Assembly (NCBI RefSeq): GCF_006345805.1
Contig: NW_021833909.1
Coordinates: 7,102-71,101 of the forward strand
Length of the DNA stretch: 64,000 nucleotides
Direction: 5' to 3'
Source of the DNA: Octopus sinensis
Taxonomy: Eukaryota
Under the pieces are notes generated by a model. It was given only the letters and a program-made list of their open reading frames with translations. It did no database searches and had not been told where the DNA came from. This document shows, one piece after another, positions 28,500 to 42,573 of the stretch (the stretch's first letter is position 1; every line of letters starts with the position of its first letter). The translations under genes were made by a program, and so were the position numbers.

Positions 28500-29915
28500 A
28501 TAAACATACTCATGTATATGAATGAGGTGTGTATTTTAAAAGAGGATCCGTGCGTCTATCACACTACACCCTTCATTTGCGTTATCTAGTATGATGTTGC
28601 CACTCTTAACTAGATATTCTCTTTTCAAGGTTGCCTTGTTGCATCTTATATTTATTTATTTGGTAAATCCATGGACTGTCTGTAGTAATGCTTCAAGCTG
28701 TTTATATAAGGAGTGGCTGATTGTTTCACCGTAAGAGTTGTATCAGCATCTTTTTCTGTTTAACATGTCAGATAAATGTGTCAAAGTCAAGCAGAAAAGG
28801 AGCGGAGGGAGTGTGTCTCCATAAAATATTCCTCTTCTAATGGGGATGGCTTTGGTTTTTATGAGTCTTTCTTTTGTCTGGAGATGTAGCACTGTCTGTC
28901 ATTCATTCATAGAATGTTTTTTATATTTTATGACTATTGGTGCTACCTTGTTCATGGGTAGTATTTCTAGGATCTATGTGTGGGGAATACTATAAAAAGC
29001 CTTTCGGTAATCGATCCAGGACATACTTATACTCTTCTTGTTTTTGCGGCTGTTTTAGATATTGCTTTAATGAAGAGTAGCTGATCTTTACAGCCGTATG
29101 TGTCCTTGCAGCATCCCTTTTGCTCTTCTGGAAACAAGTTGTTTTCTTCTAGATGTTTTCCCATTCACTGCGATAATATTGAAGTAAAGACTTGGTATAT
29201 TGTAAGGAAATAACTGTTCGGTCTGTAGTTTTGTGGGTTTGGCGTTTCAGTGGATTTGGGAATTAGGATATTTTTTGCTTCCGGGAGCCATTCAGGCATT
29301 ACCCCTGGCTAGTAATTCATTAAATTTCTCAGCCAGTTTTTCATGTGATACTGTTAGGCATTTCAACCAGAAGTTGGGGATCTTTCTGTGCCCGGGTACG
29401 TTCCAGCTGCTTAGTTTTTGCAGTGCGCAGGTGACCTCTATTTGTTATAGGGATCCAGAGTTGTTCAGGTAGTGTGTTCATTGTTTTATAGAAATTTTCC
29501 GACCATAATCATTCCAAAATTCTTCCACTTCTGCCGCTGGTTCTGCATTTATCTCTATTTCATTTTGCCAAGTTGGTAGAATCTTTTGGTGTTGGTGTTA
29601 AACTGTTTGCTTTGATCAATGAAACGTTGGCGTTTCTCATACCAGAAGATTCTTTTTGCTTTGGGGTGGGGGTATCTTGCTTTCCCTGATTATTTTTTTT
29701 CTTTTTATACATCAGGTATAACTTGCTCTATATTTTGAATTTGTGCTGTAGTATTTTTCTTCTCACCTTGTTGCAGTGTTGCTTGTTTACTATGTTCGTT
29801 AAGGTTTGACAGGACCTTTCTCCAATTTTCATCTTTGTTTTTTTATGGTTTTTTGATATTATTCATCCAAAAGGTTTGTTTGGGTGGTGATGCTCCTCTC
29901 TGGATACATTTAGGG
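28500..29915 (-). pseudogene. R4/Dong-clade non-LTR retrotransposon RT remnant (~1.4 kb)
   Basis: Minus-strand motifs LIPKSTETPNPQNYRP, NNLFPEEQKGCCKDTYGCKDQLLFIK, WIDYRKAFYSIPH, RRGIFYGDTLPPLLFCL and KQLEALLQTVHGF. The YMDD segment appears deleted. Many stops. Confidence 0.9.
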
Positions 29916-29929
29916 GTTATATAACTCCT

Positions 29930-30007
29930 TTCATCATCATCATCACATCATCATCACCATGATCATCATTACCATCGTCGTCATAGTCATCAACGTCGTC
30001 GTCGTCG

Positions 30008-30053
<46 letters not shown>

Positions 30054-30068
30054 TATTATTATTATTGA
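29930..30068. repeat. (CAT)n/(CGT)n/(TAT)n microsatellite
   Basis: Direct reading; abuts the 5'-truncated end of the R4/Dong remnant. Confidence 0.95.
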
Positions 30069-30951
30069 TCATAGGATTGAAAAATGTATTATTTGGCACT
30101 CATTGCTGAGTTAGGATATCCTTTGTCGAATTTCAGTCACGATATAAGCGCTAACACTGCATCTTTATTTCCAAATATATCAACAGCTCTTAAAGTGTTA
30201 TCTATCTCGAAAAGAACAAATCGAAAATGAAAACATACATACATACATACATACATTTTCCGAGAAAGCATTCATCAACGGATGTTTCAACTTTTTAGGA
30301 AAAAAGCTTAAATCAAATCAGTAAAGATGCGAGATCATTTTAGCAGCTATTATACTCCATCACTACAGCGTTATGCATCACAATGGCAGCTGTCTTTTCT
30401 GATTCCATATTAACCCTTGTGGAAACATCTATTCTAAAATGTAATTAACTATTTGTTCTGATGTATCTGTATGTGCATTCAGACATATATTACCTTCCTA
30501 TCTGTAGATTCAGATACGTGTTATAGCCTCTTATTTGTACGTAGCTCTTAGCTTCTTGGAAAGCTTTCTATTCTGAGAGAGCTATTCTAATTTGTTCACT
30601 GTCCTATACGGCTTTAATGGATTGCATACCATATATATATATATATATTATATATATATATATATATATAATATATATATATATATCTGACTACAAATCA
30701 ATCTATTTGTATACGTAATATAGTAAAGAAACACCTCTCTCCATTTCTCTATATTCCAGTCCATTTCACTCAATTCTTCTCTCTTGCTTTCCTTGTATAT
30801 ATATGCATGTATGTATACACACATATATACATAAATATCTGAATACGCACACATATATGTGTGTGTATAATAAGTTGTACACTGATACACGAGCATATGT
30901 ATATACACACATATATATGTATATACGTGTGTATGTGTGTGCGCGCGTGTG

Positions 30952-31019
<68 letters not shown>

Positions 31020-34000
31020 ATATACATATATATGCAGAGAGAAAGAGAGAGAGAGATAGATGTACATTTTCACATTATATATTATGCGTCATGCGGATTT
31101 GTTATATCATATCGACATCTCATGGAGATTTAACAGCGCTTCTCATTCATCCATTCTTTCAAATATTCCTCTGAAAATAGTATTTATAATAATAATTATG
31201 GTGTCTTGAGGTGGCAAGATGGTGACGAGAGAAGAACAGTGAAAGTATGCACTGCAAAAACTGTGTGGACCTCACACAGAGTAGAAAAATATCTATATTT
31301 CTTGGAAAGACACAAGATGTGAGATAAAATATTAAAATAAATATGCAAAATTTATGAATACAAGACATATGAAAACACAAATTAGTAATTCTCTGATAAA
31401 AATTCCCACTCTTAGTTCACTTACAGTATGACATTCAAAATTTATATCTCCTCACCTTTGAAAGGAAGCTCGCTACTCTCATCTATACTCCAAGAGAGTA
31501 ACACATCGCTTTCTGTCCTGAGATTATATTCCAAACGGTACTTTAAAAAAATAATTGAATGGTATCTTGAAGAGGTGCTTGGCCAAATATATAGATTTCA
31601 TTGCCCGTTCTAAAGCGTATTTTCGTCATAGCTTCACGAGAGAGCCGTAATCCACCGGTTGCTTCTTTATTGGACGAAAATTGTGTTATGGTAAGTCGTC
31701 AGATAACTACTATAATCGATATCCATTCTATACTCCACATAAAAATATCGATTTTATCTTGGGAAGTGAGTAATCTTTGCATACTGAACGATTGTATTGG
31801 CTAAGGTTTCATCGCGTTGTACATATTTTGTTTTTTTTTTTATTTGATTTTTCCAGTTTCAGCTAATGAGCTGTGGCCATGCTGGGGCACCGCCATTTAT
31901 TTATCGGTGAAGCTCGTAAAACTTCATCCAATTTCATGTAGAATTTATCAAAAAATGACCCCATGCTACTAATAGCACGTAATGGTAAAATGCATCTGGA
32001 TGTTGTCTCTAATCACTGACGGGAATGATATTTTAGATCGATATTAAATCACTCCTTATTCATCCCAGAAACGTAATCCAGTTATGTTCTGGAAGTTTCA
32101 ACGACTGCGATGCCCAGTCGCGTATGCCGTGATATCAGTGGCAACATTCCACACATCGGACTTTTAATTCCGTTCTTTACTTGACTGAGGGTGACAGAGA
32201 GATGAGAAGTGGAAGTGTAGAAAAATGCAAAACACAATAGGTGGACACACCTATTCACTGTCGTATTTGGCCCGATTTTCTCTCTGCAAATGTTGCAGCG
32301 TCAGAGCATTTCAGCTCCTCATTATCCACAGCATTAATTCTTTGGACAAAGAAGGAAAAGACATAATTTCTAAGTCGCTGAGATATGCCACGGAAGAAAT
32401 TGGAACAATCAAATGAAGCAACGTAGGATTTAATCAAATTCTATCAACTATTTTAGGACAAATTCCTCTCACCTAAATACTGGACAATGCTAACTATTTC
32501 CAATATTTTGTCTACCCTTTAATACTTTATCGAGCAAATCGCGAATAATGTAACAGATTCCTTGGTCCAGAAACAGAATCCACACTTTTAGACGGAGTTG
32601 CTTTACCGGACACCGAACTGAATTCTGATCGATTTATTATGCTTAATGTATTCTGTATTAGCAGCATTGTAACCCCCGTGTATATTTCTTGACATATCAT
32701 TTTCCGATATGTCCGACGTCTCGGATGCCATGTGCGTTGTTTTACAACACTAGAGGGTATATGAGCTGGACTAAAGTTTTGTAAAACGAACAAATGCAGT
32801 TGTACGTAGTTGCTGTCTATTCTCTTAAGATATTGTCTAAACCGGATACATATAGGACATTCACCTTGTAATAATGCTAAACGCTGTTGAAAGCAATAAC
32901 TTGATCTAAACTAATGAACATCCATCAAAGTCAGATATACTCTCAATCTATTGTAAAACGTATGCATGAAATGTAACCACCTGGTATATATTAGTCCTCG
33001 TAGTTGTTTCGGATTCGAATGATACAACATTACCTAACGACAATCTCCAAATTCTTGCCAAGCAATTTTGCCAAAATGTTGAGCTCTGTATTTACCAAAA
33101 GTATCGACAGAAAATGGTGTGGTAAGTTCCTATTGTCAGAATTCGTGAGAAACAAGTTCAACATACTTGTTCTAAATATATTCTCTTAATTTCGGTTCGG
33201 CTTAGGAATGGTGACATTCCATTAATATCACCATTCCTCGGCTTGCACCATTGGGAGAGTTTCCGGTCTGCTACCGGATAGCGTATATATTCCCAAACAG
33301 AATAACTAACAATTCGGGAATATTAATAATATGCACGTTTCCGGCGACCTCATTCAGCCGGAGTTTTTTTTCGGCATCGTTGACCCTTTCAGTTGTTACT
33401 TGCAATTCAAAATAAACCACGGCTCAAATGACATAATAAGAGGGATAGTTTGCGAGTCTCTTATACTGTCAACGTAAACCAACAGGAGAATTAAGATATG
33501 CCAACATAACTAACACTTATCTCAAAGATTTCGAGACGTATTTGGCATTTAGAATCTCGCCCTGGCAATTCGACTTGAAGGTAGGCAGTGTTGAAATGGA
33601 TTTATTTCTCACAATCAAATTTTGCACATCTCTTTCATTTTCTTTTTTCTTATATACACTGTTTGAATATGGTGTTCTAAACTACTATGATGTACAGTGA
33701 GTAAACTAGAGCAGATGTATTGATAAATTATATGTAGTCATCGAAGACAGGAAGCAATCACTCATCTAAAGTAGTTATTAACACTTTAAATCTGTGTTTA
33801 ATATGACATATGAGTTAGTCGCTAATAACAGCATTTTTCAACGTGCATATTACAACAACGCTCACTACAAACCTCGTATTACTTGTTAAACTGACTAGCA
33901 ATTATGTTTACTGCTAATCAAATAATTACTGCGTTAGGTAGTAGCTTTCCACTATAAAATGTGCACACCTCCAAACACCACCGCACATCCGCGCATCCTA

Positions 34001-34804
34001 TGGCGCATTCAACAACACCTACACCATCTGCTTCATGTGAAATAAAACAGAACAAAGCAAATATTATTCAACAATGGCCATAGCAGTTGTCGACTAATAC
34101 ATAGTATGCTAAAACTATTTAATCAGAAATATCTATAATACCAATTCACCATATCAAATTCCAGAAAACTTATGTACTCTTGATAATACATATCACATAT
34201 TACGAGAAATATACATAACAAAATGAAATACACACTTTTAACAGCAAAATAGATGAAAGCAACTCTTATGAATAACATAATACAGAGAACCTGAAGCGTT
34301 AACACAAATGATAAAAATATATTTATACAACATCGGAGAACTTCAAAATAGTGGAATGTTAGTGACTCGTAGAAAGCAAATAACAATGGTATAATCTCTC
34401 TCTCTCTCAGTCTCTCTCTCTCTCTCTCCCTATCTATCTCTTTCTCGATCTATTACTAAAACAACTAAAGTCGTCGTACATATTGGGATGTCCTCAGGAG
34501 GGTTGTAAATATCAAAACACGGCGAACGTTGGGAAGAATTAATGCGTATGTAAGTTGTTATTGCAGATTTTTAAAACCTAGGTTCTCCCTTATCGCATAA
34601 ACATATTACCGAAACCGTTCCAGCTCTGCACACTTTGTGTATGTGAGGAGAAGAACTTCTGTGTGTGAGTGTGAGTACTTGCTGTGCATGAGTACTTGTG
34701 TGTGTGTGTATGCACTTGGTTGTATGTGTGTGTATGTGTGAGTACTTCTCTGAGTGTACTTATGCGCGTTTATCTCTGTGTGTGTGTGTGTGCATAAATG
34801 CATA

Positions 34805-34965
34805 CCATTTTCTCTTACTTGTTTCAATCACTGTACTGCGACCATGCTGGAGCATCATCTGCAAGGATCTAATCGAACAAATTGATGACTGCTTAATTGT
34901 CGGTCTCTTTCGTCAAGGAGGTAAACAAACGAACACCTATTATTAAGCGATGGTGAGGGACAATC
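34805..34965 (-). mobile_element. SINE family B 3' fragment
   Basis: TACTTGTTTCAATCACTGTACTGCGACCATGCTGGAGCA matches the family B tail in reverse. Confidence 0.6.
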
Positions 34966-35824
34966 AGGAAAGTAAATACATATTCTTTCATTCATATAAA
35001 TGTTCGCGAACATACACACAATTATGGGGGAAAGGCGAGAGATAAACGGATATATACATATATGCATATGTTTACACTGACACAAACGCACACATTGATA
35101 CAGAAACATACACTCATATACTGACACAGACACACACATATATGCACCCCCCACATATATGTATCTACTAAGCACCTTGTGAGGAAGGTGAGAAAACGCA
35201 CAGCACGGTCTCGCTGTTAGTGAACAGGAAGTAGAAACAACGGCAATCGCAGTGTCAGTAATACTCCTATGCGATATTACAAAACTTTTCTAAATTCAGC
35301 TTGCAGGCATACCATTGGAGATTAAAGCAATCCTAACCACTGCTTTTGAAAAGAGACTTCCATGTAAATAATCAATAATGCATTTAATATTCTTGTGATA
35401 TTCGTTACAGAACAGTTTTACAAATCTTAAATTTCCCGCTTCATTCAATAATGCTTCAAAACTATTTGAAAACGTTAGGTTAATCAGAGATTCCAGACGT
35501 GTTATTATATCTAGCATTTATGTATATTGAGGCATTACACAGCGACCTTACAAAAATAAACCGAGCCAAGCATTGTTATATTCGTACATGCTCATATGCA
35601 TCCATGCATACAACCATAGAAACATACAGAAACTCACATGACATGTGTGTATAAATGCAAACAATCGAATGTTTTTCTTTTCCATTTATTAAAAGCATCG
35701 TAATGGTTATTACACGATAGAAATAAGATGATATTTTGTCGAGTGCCGAGTTGCCGTTAGAAATACTGGGTAAATTGCCCTCACAAAGCGGAAACTTTGT
35801 CAACAACCCGCCGTATCATCTATG

Positions 35825-35862
<38 letters not shown>

Positions 35863-35884
35863 TGTGTGTGTGTGTGTGTGTGCG

Positions 35885-35920
<36 letters not shown>

Positions 35921-36030
35921 GGTATATATATATATATATATAATATATAATATATATATATATATATATTTGTATATATATATATATATATGTGTGTATG
36001 TGTATATAGATGTGTGTGTATACATATGCA

Positions 36031-36072
<42 letters not shown>

Positions 36073-37115
36073 ATATATATATGCATGCATATGTATACAC
36101 AACATCTATATACACATACACACATAGGCACCTATATGTGATATTTTTATATGGCTTCAGAAAAAGCAAGGTATATCGACTGGCGGGATGCCAGAAATTA
36201 CTAAATACGTTAACATAGATCTCACATTCAAATAAGAAACAATATTTTGTGTGCAACTCATGTAATATTACATCAGATAACATAAGGTGCATACCGATGT
36301 TGCTCAGATTGCTTGAGTTCAAACTGAAAAAGCAGATATGTCATGGCTTCCTAATTAAAATTTGGCAATAGTCAGTATTTCCATTGATCTGGTAGATAAA
36401 GAACAGAATGCAATTATTATTAAAGTTGAAAGAGGAAAACAACTGTCATCAATTCACAGTATGAAGTTAAGATTGCAATTATAATGTTGGTTTAGTATTA
36501 TTTGGAAGGAAACGATAATCTCCGATTGTAAGCCCGAAAATGCTATTAGAGAGTATCTTTACATCTTCCATCTTTTCATTTCATTCAGGCTTGGCGTCCC
36601 CACCACCCACGATGACCGGCAATAATTCAGAATCAATGCTGGCATATACCATATATCATTATGGACATTCTTTAACTGCCCTTTTATCGATTACTTCCGG
36701 TCAATAAACCTGTAAGCAAAAAACACGTTTAAATAAAAGAAAAAAAATATGCTAGTAACAATTTTTTTTCTTGTTTATACCTTTACCTTATCACAAAAAC
36801 ATGTGTTTTTTCGACTAAAGGCGCTGCTCCAGCGTGACCGCAGTCAAATTACTGAATCAAATATGGCCTGATGGTTAGCTATATGGATTCAGGATCGCTA
36901 GATCGAGGCTGCAATCTCAAATTCCGCTGAGTTTTTGTTCTTCAGCGTAAAGTTTCATTCCAATTTGCGCTACAACCACTTCGACGCACCAAGTTCGTAG
37001 TGTCAGGAGAACAAGTCGATGAGATGGAGAGAGCTGAGCTAACGTACAGCACTTTAAATTGATCATTAGAAGAAAAGCATTTCTGCCGGTTCTTATGAAA
37101 TTGCAGAAACGACAG

Positions 37116-37185
<70 letters not shown>

Positions 37186-37444
37186 ACTGAAACGTAAGCT
37201 TGCACACACATAAGTATGTAGAATGATAGATATTAAAATAAGACACACATATATATATATATATAGCCATCTATATATTTCTCTGCCTCTCCCTCATTAA
37301 CTCTCTCTTTCTCTCTCTCTCTCTCAATATATATATATATATGCATATAAATATATATTTAAATATATATATATATGGTAAGTTAATACATACATAGACA
37401 ACATGCATATATTCTTACATATATACACGTACATGCATTCATAC

Positions 37445-37481
<37 letters not shown>

Positions 37482-37954
37482 TACCACTATCCATCCGGCT
37501 CAGCCTATACAACTGTAAAGATACAATTCGGCTTGAATTCTTACAAAAGTGCTATAATCCAACAACGTGAAAAACCGTCTGTGTTACAAAGCTAGATGTC
37601 AGCGCAGATTATGCAACCTATTGGAGAATGTTCACTTATGTCGGTGCAATATTACATAAGGGTGAAGTTGAAGTAGAAATAGCAGTTGTAACAAGGCATT
37701 TTCAATCAATGATTTTATCCTATTTGTACCCAGAACATGCATGGCGTTGCAATTGCCTTTTATCTTATAATTCTTCCGTCTCATTCAGGTTCATCCTCTA
37801 TCATTTCTCATTCACTCCCTCACTCACTCATTCACTCACTCATTTCTTTCTATTCTCTCCATTCCTGCCGTTACTGCTCTTCTTATTCAGTGTTGTCTGT
37901 TTCACCTGCTCTCTCACCTGCCGCAGCATACATGTCCATATACATTATATATAT

Positions 37955-38034
<80 letters not shown>

Positions 38035-38515
38035 GCGTGTGTGTATGCATACGTGTATGCCTATGTGCATATATATACTTACAAGCGCATACGCACAGAC
38101 ACACACACACACATTTAAGAACGGTTAAATGACATCCCAATAGTGAATAAACAAAAACAATCATTCAAATTAATTCCATTTCTTTCTCTATCAACCTAGA
38201 AATGCGCATGCATACACACACACACACTCACACACACACACATAATACACACACACATACAAACATATACAGCGTAGCTTGTATGTATTTATAAATGCAT
38301 ACATATATAAATATATATACATGCATAAACTATATATATATATATATATATATATTAATACATATCCACACACACACACACACGCACACACATACGCTCA
38401 CTCACAAACACACACACACACACACATATATATAGATATATGAAACTCAATACGTATTCTTTGGATGTATCAATGTACACAGCTTCCATGTAAAGGTGTG
38501 CTGTACTAGTCAACA

Positions 38516-38568
<53 letters not shown>

Positions 38569-39169
38569 GTGTGTGTATGTTTGAGCTTGTGTTTTTTTCC
38601 TGGATCTAACTTTTCATCTTTCTCATTCATTCTCTTCCCATTGACAATCTCATTATCCGTTCTGCGTATCCATGCATGTAGCTTTCCATCCTAGCTACTG
38701 CTTTTCATTTTTTTTGTTCCTTCCCCCACCCCGTTTCTTTCTGCCATCTTTTACATGTCCTGTGTCAATACCCTCCGTAATTCCTTACTACCTTCATACA
38801 TACCTACATACATGCGCACACAAATACACACACACATATATATAATATATAAGCATATATAAAGATTCTCTCATCCTTTTCAATTATATCATTTGCATCA
38901 TTTTCGCCTCTTTCTTTCCCTCTGATATTCATTCCTCTTCTTTCTTTCTACCTTGCCGTTGTATCTTTTAACTCTTCATTTTCATTATTACAACGTTTCG
39001 TCGCTATTTTGTGTCTCTCCTCTTTCATCTATTCCCGTTTTCTCTCATTCTGCGCTCTCAATGTATCTGGTTCTCCTCATTCCATGCGTATTGTTTTCTT
39101 CTTTTTATATATCAGCCGATGTCTTAATCTTCTTCTGCTGTTACTCGTCTAGTAGCCTTTATACCTATC

Positions 39170-39218
<49 letters not shown>

Positions 39219-39261
39219 ATCTATCTATAAATCTATCTATCTATCACTATATATATAATCT

Positions 39262-39301
<40 letters not shown>

Positions 39302-39399
39302 ATATATATATTGTCATCAAAAAAGGGGGTAGAATTAATTAATTGAATAAATTCGACCAAGCAGTATTCGTATGTAAAGACATTTACGGTGTATTTGAA

Positions 39400-39691
39400 G
39401 TATAATTTATAAAAATATGGTAAAGTAAAAAATTCACTTTACCACACACCGAATTTTCAGAAATAGCAGCCAAAAATATGGCTATTTCTTCAACTGCAAA
39501 TAAAAGTCTCCAGACAATGCATACTCAGAAAATAACTCACATATACCTATGTGAGTTATTTTCTGAGTATGCATTGTCTGGAGACTTTTATTTGCAGTTG
39601 AAGAAATAGCCATATTTTTGGCTGCTATTTCTGAAAAGTTCGGTGTGTGTAAAGTGAATTTTTTTACTTTACATATTTTTATAAATTATAC
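39400..39691. repeat. Near-perfect palindrome, ~144-bp arms, 4-nt spacer (TACC, 39544-39547)
   Basis: ...CAGACAATGCATACTCAGAAAATAACTCACATA-TACC-TATGTGAGTTATTTTCTGAGTATGCATTGTCTG... Confidence 0.95.
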
Positions 39692-39759
39692 TGTATATAT
39701 ATATATTATATATATCCATCCATCCATCCATCCATCTATCTATCTATCTATCTATCTCT

Positions 39760-39807
<48 letters not shown>

Positions 39808-40125
39808 GCATATATAAAGATTCTCTCATCCTTTTCAATTATATCATTTGCATCATTTTCGCCTCTTTCTTTCCCTCTGATATTCATTCCTCTTCTTTCT
39901 TTCTACCTTGCCGTTGTATCTTTTAACTCTCATTTTCATTATTACAACGTTTCGTCGCTATTTTGTGTCTCTCCTCTTTCATCTATTCCCGTTTTCTCTC
40001 ATTCTGCGCTCTCAATGTATCTGGTTCTCCTCATTCCATGCGTATTGTTTTCTTCTTTTTTTATATATCAGCCGATGTCTTAATCTTCTTCTGCTGTTAC
40101 TCGTCTAGTAGCCTTTATACCTATC

Positions 40126-40176
<51 letters not shown>

Positions 40177-40223
40177 ATCTATCTATAAATCTATCTATCT
40201 ATCACTATATATATATATCTCCC

Positions 40224-40255
<32 letters not shown>

Positions 40256-40361
40256 GTGTGTATATATATATTGTCATCAAAAAAGGGGGTAGAATTAATT
40301 AATTGTTAATAATTCGACCAAGCAGTATTCGGTATGTAAAGACCATTACGGTGTATTTGAA

Positions 40362-40656
40362 GTATTAATTTATAAAATATGGTAAAGTAAAAAATTCACT
40401 TTACCACACACCGAACTTTTCAGAAATAGCAGCCAAAATATGGCTATTTCTTCAACTGCAAATAAAAGTCTCCAGACAATGCATACTCAGAAAATAACTC
40501 ACATATACCTATGTGAGTTATTTTCTGAGTATGCATTGTCTGGAGACTTTTGTATTGCAGTTGAAGAAATAGCCATATTTTTGGCTGCTATTTCTGAAAA
40601 GTTCGGTGTGTGGTAAAGTGAATTTTTTACTTTACCATATTTTTATAAATTAATAC
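40362..40656. repeat. Second copy of the palindrome (spacer 40506-40509)
   Basis: Same sequence within duplication unit 2. Confidence 0.95.
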
Positions 40657-40723
40657 TGTGTATATATATATATTATATATCCATCCATCCACCATCCATC
40701 TATCTATCTATCTATCTATCTCT

Positions 40724-40781
<58 letters not shown>

Positions 40782-40785
40782 ATCC

Positions 40786-40838
<53 letters not shown>

Positions 40839-40999
40839 CCTACCTACCTATCTATCTATATATCTACCTATATGTATGTCTATCTATTGATCTATCTGTC
40901 TATCCATCTATCTGTCTATCTATCTACCTACCTATCTATCTATCGAGGCAGATAGGTAGAGAGACAGATAGATAGATAGGTACATACATACATACATGC

Positions 41000-41030
<31 letters not shown>

Positions 41031-41489
41031 CATACATACATACATACATACATACATACATACATACATACATAGGAAGGGGAATGCTAAAGAGAGATTG
41101 GGAGAGAGAGTGATACATTGATACGCCATTGTGCGATTTTGTGCTGGTGTGTTCATGCACATATAGATTGTGCACATGTAAAAGCACTTACGCGCTTGCA
41201 CAAACATGCAAACATACCCATTTACACCCACATATGCACTCGCACTCAAACGCATACAGAAACACAGAAACATATACCTACATGAAGAATTACATATACA
41301 TATGTATTTATACATATACACATATTTACACACACACCATTTATATATATATATTATATATGTCTACATAAATATATGTGTATATATACATATATATATA
41401 TATATATACATATTATATATATATATATATTATATATAATATATAAATATATAGTGTATATATATATAATATATATATATTGTATATAT

Positions 41490-41536
<47 letters not shown>

Positions 41537-42174
41537 CTGCGGATATATATTCTATTCTCCCGCCTTATCGCATACTCCCTCACATTGACTACATCTCACC
41601 TCTTAGACGTTTTCGTCTCTTTTCAATTTCAATTCCTTTTTGCTTTCAATACATGTATCTTGGTCTGTAGAATATCTCCTTCACTCTCACTCTCTCTCTC
41701 TCTCTCTCTCTCCTCTGTCTCTCTTTCGTTTTCTCTTACCTATATTTATCTACCTTCCTTTCGCCCTCTTTTGTAATTTGTTTAGAGCATTCACCACCTT
41801 TCATTCACACACACACACATAGATACAGACACAAACACACATGTTCTCAATACTTTACGTTGCTACTACAACATCAAAACCCTCTTCCATATTTTCAATT
41901 TCCAGTTTTCTGTATGACCTATTCTGTTGCATGATTTTCTTTCCGTAATATTTTCCAAATCAGCTACCTTCACATTTATTGCCTTCTCACACATATATTT
42001 TCTTCTTAGGCCTTTCACATTTCATTTCCTTCTTACTCAACGAACTATATCTTTCTCTGATTCTGTTTCTTTTACTCCCCTCAGTTTCTCCCTTTCTATT
42101 CTTTCTCTCTCCACCCTCTCTCTCTCTCTCTTCCTCAATCGCTTGCTGTTACTCCCCTCTCAATCTCTCCGTCT

Positions 42175-42216
<42 letters not shown>

Positions 42217-42322
42217 ATAAGTGTGTGTGAATGTATCATTTTCACATACATACACACACATACACAAGACACGAAGATACACAAACACACGCATACATAT
42301 ACATAAAAAAGCATAAACATAT

Positions 42323-42573
42323 TTACGCGTAATTCCTTTGTTGGAACAATTTTGGCCTACAGCTGTTTCCAGTATTCATTGAAGGTACTATACTGATACA
42401 TTTACTCGAATTGTCTATTGATCAGTTAAGGTAAATCGAACGACCTTAGATAATTAATACTACATTCGTCAGAGCTATTAAATCAGTTGAGTAAACCTAT
42501 CAATATTGTGACTTTAATGACTACTGGAAACAGCTGTAAGCAAAATTCGCTCAAATAAAGGAATTATATGTAA
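42323..42573. mobile_element. Palindromic MITE (~250 bp), probably Tc1/mariner-type (TA flanks)
   Basis: TAATTCCTTTGTTGG..TACAGCTGTTTCCAGTATTCATTGAAG vs CTTTAATGACTACTGGAAACAGCTGTAA..AAATAAAGGAATTA. Inner arms also pair. Confidence 0.75.

Larger units (their letters stand above)
38852..40760. repeat. Direct tandem duplication, 2 x ~955 bp
   Basis: AGCATATATAAAGATTCTCTCATCC starts at 38852 and 39807. The units are colinear and differ almost only by 1-nt indels. Boundaries lie in TA tracts. Confidence 0.95.

Noticed and set aside
30330-30352. bantam-like GAGATCATTTT...AGCT
   Set aside because: Wrong 5' base, mismatched 3' half and no pairing 5p arm.
35296-35517. Protein-looking 73-aa minus ORF, and similar 60-90 aa ORFs at 2427, 32527 and 45305
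   Set aside because: These lengths are expected by chance many times in this window. No homology or convincing splice context.
36589-36707. Strong acceptor followed by ...MLAYTIYHYGHSLTALLSI, resembling class B GPCR TM1
   Set aside because: The frame ends in TAA before any suitable donor, the hydrophobic stretch is too short and no other GPCR exons were found.
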